From contig CBDBOV010000003.1 in the NCBI GenBank assembly GCA_965208575.1, forward strand, positions 416,001 through 480,000: a DNA stretch of 64,000 nt. The letters are read 5' to 3'. Position 1 is the stretch's first letter. Every line of letters begins with the position of its first letter. Of the stretch, positions 59,103 through 64,000 are shown piece by piece. A model generated the notes under the pieces. The model worked only from the letters and a program-made list of their open reading frames with translations. It did no database searches and was not told where the DNA came from. The translations under genes were made by a program, and so were the position numbers. The stretch is from Spirochaetia bacterium. GTDB taxonomy: Bacteria > Spirochaetota > Spirochaetia > SZUA-6 > Bin103.

Positions 59103-60479
59103 GTGAGCGACTTCGATCTGGCCGTGGTGGGCGGCGGGCCGGGCGGATACGTGGCGGCCGAGCGTGCGGCGGCGCGCGGTTTGCAGACGGTGCTGGTGGA
59201 GCGCGAGCACCTCGGCGGGGTGTGCCTGAACAGCGGCTGCATCCCCACCAAGACGCTGATCCACTCCGCCAAGCTGCTGCAGCAGGCGCGCGGCAGCGCC
59301 GCCAACGGGGTGACGGTGAGCGAGGCGCGCTACGACCTCGGCGCGGCGATGGCCTGGAAGGGCGCGGTCACCGAGCGGTTGCGCGGCGGCGTGGCGAGCC
59401 AGATGGAACGGCACGGCGTCACCGTGGAGCGCGGCACCGGGGTGCTGACCGGACGCGGGCGGCTGACCGTGGACGGCCGCGCGTTGGGCGCCCGCAACGT
59501 GATCGTGGCCACCGGCTCGCGCGCGGCCCGCCCGCCGATTCCGGGCGCCGACCTGCCGCACGTGGTGGACAGCACCGGTGCGCTGCAGTTGCAGGAGCTT
59601 CCGGCCCGCGTGGTGATCGTCGGCGGCGGCTACATCGGCATGGAGTTCGCCTGCTACTACCACGCCGTCGGCAGCGAGGTGGTGGTGGTGGAGATGCTCG
59701 ACGACATCCTGGCCGGGGTGGACGGCGACATCGTGCGCCAGCTCAAGAGCGCACTGCCCGGCGTGGCGTGGCACCTCGGGGCGCGGGTGTCGGCGATCAC
59801 CGCTTCCGGCGTCGCCATCGCCACTGCCGCGGGCGAGCGGGAGGAGGCGGCCGACCTGGTGCTGCTGGCCACCGGACGCACGCCCAATACCGACGGCCTG
59901 GGACTGGAGGCCGTGGGGGCGGTGTTCAACCGCCGCGGCGTGACCGTGGACGAGTACCAGCGCACCAACGTGGCCGGCCTGTACGCGGTGGGCGACGTCA
60001 CCGGGCGCTCCCTGCTCGCGCACGCCGCCTCGCGCATGGGCGAGGTGGCGGCGGATGCCATCGCGTCGCCGCGGCCCGGCAGCAACCGGATGCGCTACCA
60101 CGCGGTGCCGTGGGTGGTGTATACCTTGCCCGAGATCGCCGGCGTGGGCCTGTCGGAGGAAGCCGCGCGCGCGTCCGGCCGCGACGTGCGGGTGGCCCGC
60201 CTGCCGCTGGCCGCCAACGGGCGCTTTCTCGCCGAGCACCTTGCCCCCGGCGCCGGCGCGCATGCCGCGCCGCGCGGGCTGGTCAAGGTGGTCGTCGACG
60301 CCGACAGCCACGTGCTGCTCGGCGTGCACATGATCGGCACGCCCGCCTCGGAGATCATCTTCGGTGCCGCCACCATGATCGAAGCGGAGTTGCAGGTGGA
60401 GGAATTGCGCGAAATCGTGTTTCCCCATCCCACGGTGTCGGAAGCGCTGCGCGACGTATTGTGGGAAGTGCAGTGGTAG
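59103..60479 (+). CDS. lpdA: Dihydrolipoamide dehydrogenase
   Basis: GGGPGGY, GGVCLNSGCIPTK, GGGYIG.E, HPTVSE. Confidence 0.95.
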   Translation: MSDFDLAVVGGGPGGYVAAERAAARGLQTVLVEREHLGGVCLNSGCIPTKTLIHSAKLLQQARGSAANGVTVSEARYDLGAAMAWKGAVTERLRGGVASQMERHGVTVERGTGVLTGRGRLTVDGRALGARNVIVATGSRAARPPIPGADLPHVVDSTGALQLQELPARVVIVGGGYIGMEFACYYHAVGSEVVVVEMLDDILAGVDGDIVRQLKSALPGVAWHLGARVSAITASGVAIATAAGEREEAADLVLLATGRTPNTDGLGLEAVGAVFNRRGVTVDEYQRTNVAGLYAVGDVTGRSLLAHAASRMGEVAADAIASPRPGSNRMRYHAVPWVVYTLPEIAGVGLSEEAARASGRDVRVARLPLAANGRFLAEHLAPGAGAHAAPRGLVKVVVDADSHVLLGVHMIGTPASEIIFGAATMIEAELQVEELREIVFPHPTVSEALRDVLWEVQW

Positions 60480-60526
60480 CGCGGTCGGCGGCGGGCGAAC
60501 CGCGCGCCGCGAGGGAGTAACGGAAC

Positions 60527-62992
<2,466 letters not shown>

Positions 62993-62998
62993 AGGCGC

Positions 62999-63949
62999 AT
63001 GCGAGTCGACGCCTTCGAGCGCGTCGCGCGCCTGGTGGGGAACACGCCGCTGGCGGAGATCTCCCAGTCGGCGGCGGCGGCGCGCATCCTGGCCAAGCTG
63101 GAGTACTACAACCCGAGCGGCTCGGTAAAGGACCGCGCAGCGAAGGGGATGGTGGAGGCCGCGCTGGCCGACGGCACGCTGGCCGGGCGCACCATCCTGG
63201 AGGCGACCAGCGGCAACACCGGCATCGCGCTGGCCATGTTCGGCAGCGCCCTCGGGCTGCCGGTGGAGCTGGTGATGCCGGCCAACGTCACCCCGGAGCG
63301 CAAACGCATCATCGCCAACTACGGCGCGCGCTCGCTTTTCACTTCCAACCTGGAAGGCACCGACGGCGCGCAGAAGAAGGCGGCGGAGCTGGCCGCCGCG
63401 CACCCCGAGCGCTACTTCTATCCCGACCAGTACAACAACGAGCACAACTGGCGCGCCCACTACGACGGCACCGGACCGGAGATCTGGCGCCAGTCGGGCG
63501 GTCAGGCGACCCACTTCGTGGCCGGCCTCGGCACCAGCGGCACCTTCATCGGCACCGCCCGGTTCCTGCGCGAGCGCGGCGTGCGCTGCATCGCCGTGCA
63601 GCCGGACAACCCGATCCACGGGCTGGAGGGCTGGAAGCACATGCCGACCGCGCGCGTGCCCGGCATCTACGACGACGCGGTGGCCGACGAGGTGCTGGAG
63701 GCGGACACCGAGTCCGCTTACCGGTTCGCCATCGCGGCCGGCCGCTACCTGGGCTACGCGCTGAGCCCGAGTGCGGCCGCAAACCTGTGGGCGGCGCTGC
63801 AGGTGGCGCGCGCCAACCCCGGCGCCACCGTGGTCACCCTGTTTCCCGACAATTCGCTGAAGTACCTGGATGATCCCTACTGGGAAAACGAGGAGTATGT
63901 TTCCGAAGACCCATTCCGGTCCGCGGCCGGCAATGCCGCCGATCGATAA
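62999..63949 (+). CDS. PLP-dependent cysteine synthase family protein
   Basis: GNTPL, KLEYYNPSGSVKDR, EATSGNTG, QYNN..N..AHY, GLGTSGT. Confidence 0.92.
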   Translation: MRVDAFERVARLVGNTPLAEISQSAAAARILAKLEYYNPSGSVKDRAAKGMVEAALADGTLAGRTILEATSGNTGIALAMFGSALGLPVELVMPANVTPERKRIIANYGARSLFTSNLEGTDGAQKKAAELAAAHPERYFYPDQYNNEHNWRAHYDGTGPEIWRQSGGQATHFVAGLGTSGTFIGTARFLRERGVRCIAVQPDNPIHGLEGWKHMPTARVPGIYDDAVADEVLEADTESAYRFAIAAGRYLGYALSPSAAANLWAALQVARANPGATVVTLFPDNSLKYLDDPYWENEEYVSEDPFRSAAGNAADR

Positions 63950-64000
63950 CGGCAACTACGTGATCGAGGACCCGTTCCGATCTGCGGCAACGGCGGCCGG
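63945..64000 (+). repeat. Diverged second copy of the cysteine synthase 3' tail
   Basis: DNGNYVIEDPFRSAA vs in-gene ENEEYVSEDPFRSAA. Confidence 0.8.

Overview
GC-rich bacterial chromosome segment; I found no rRNA, tRNA or CRISPR array. Left end: methylcitrate operon prpBCD, divergent from a cobalamin-riboswitch-led corrinoid uptake/salvage operon (btuCFD-cobTSCU-cobO). Middle (about 10.7-50 kb): a rearranged accessory zone. It holds an unexplained small-protein + IrrE/ImmA-like gene pair, a lone BsuBI/PstI nuclease domain, about nine intact or decayed toxin-antitoxin/defence modules (HicBA, MazEF, MNT-HEPN, VapBC, HipBA, two HigBA remnants, DprA-PRTase), an IS1634-like remnant, sulfatases, PhyH dioxygenases, two family-5 ABC cassettes and a 2.9-kb three-gene direct duplication. 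Right end: S8 protease, cation/H+ antiporter with an EIIA-PII fusion, DsbA-like protein, 2-oxoacid dehydrogenase complex, cysteine synthase. The most striking pattern is that several genes are followed, after cargo DNA, by a diverged second copy of their own 3' tail, suggesting integrase-independent gene capture anchored in coding genes. Many genes look leaderless. Several single-base frameshifts may be sequencing errors. Gene content resembles high-GC sponge-associated Spirochaetota (inference only). All family calls are by-eye motif recognition; no database search was run.
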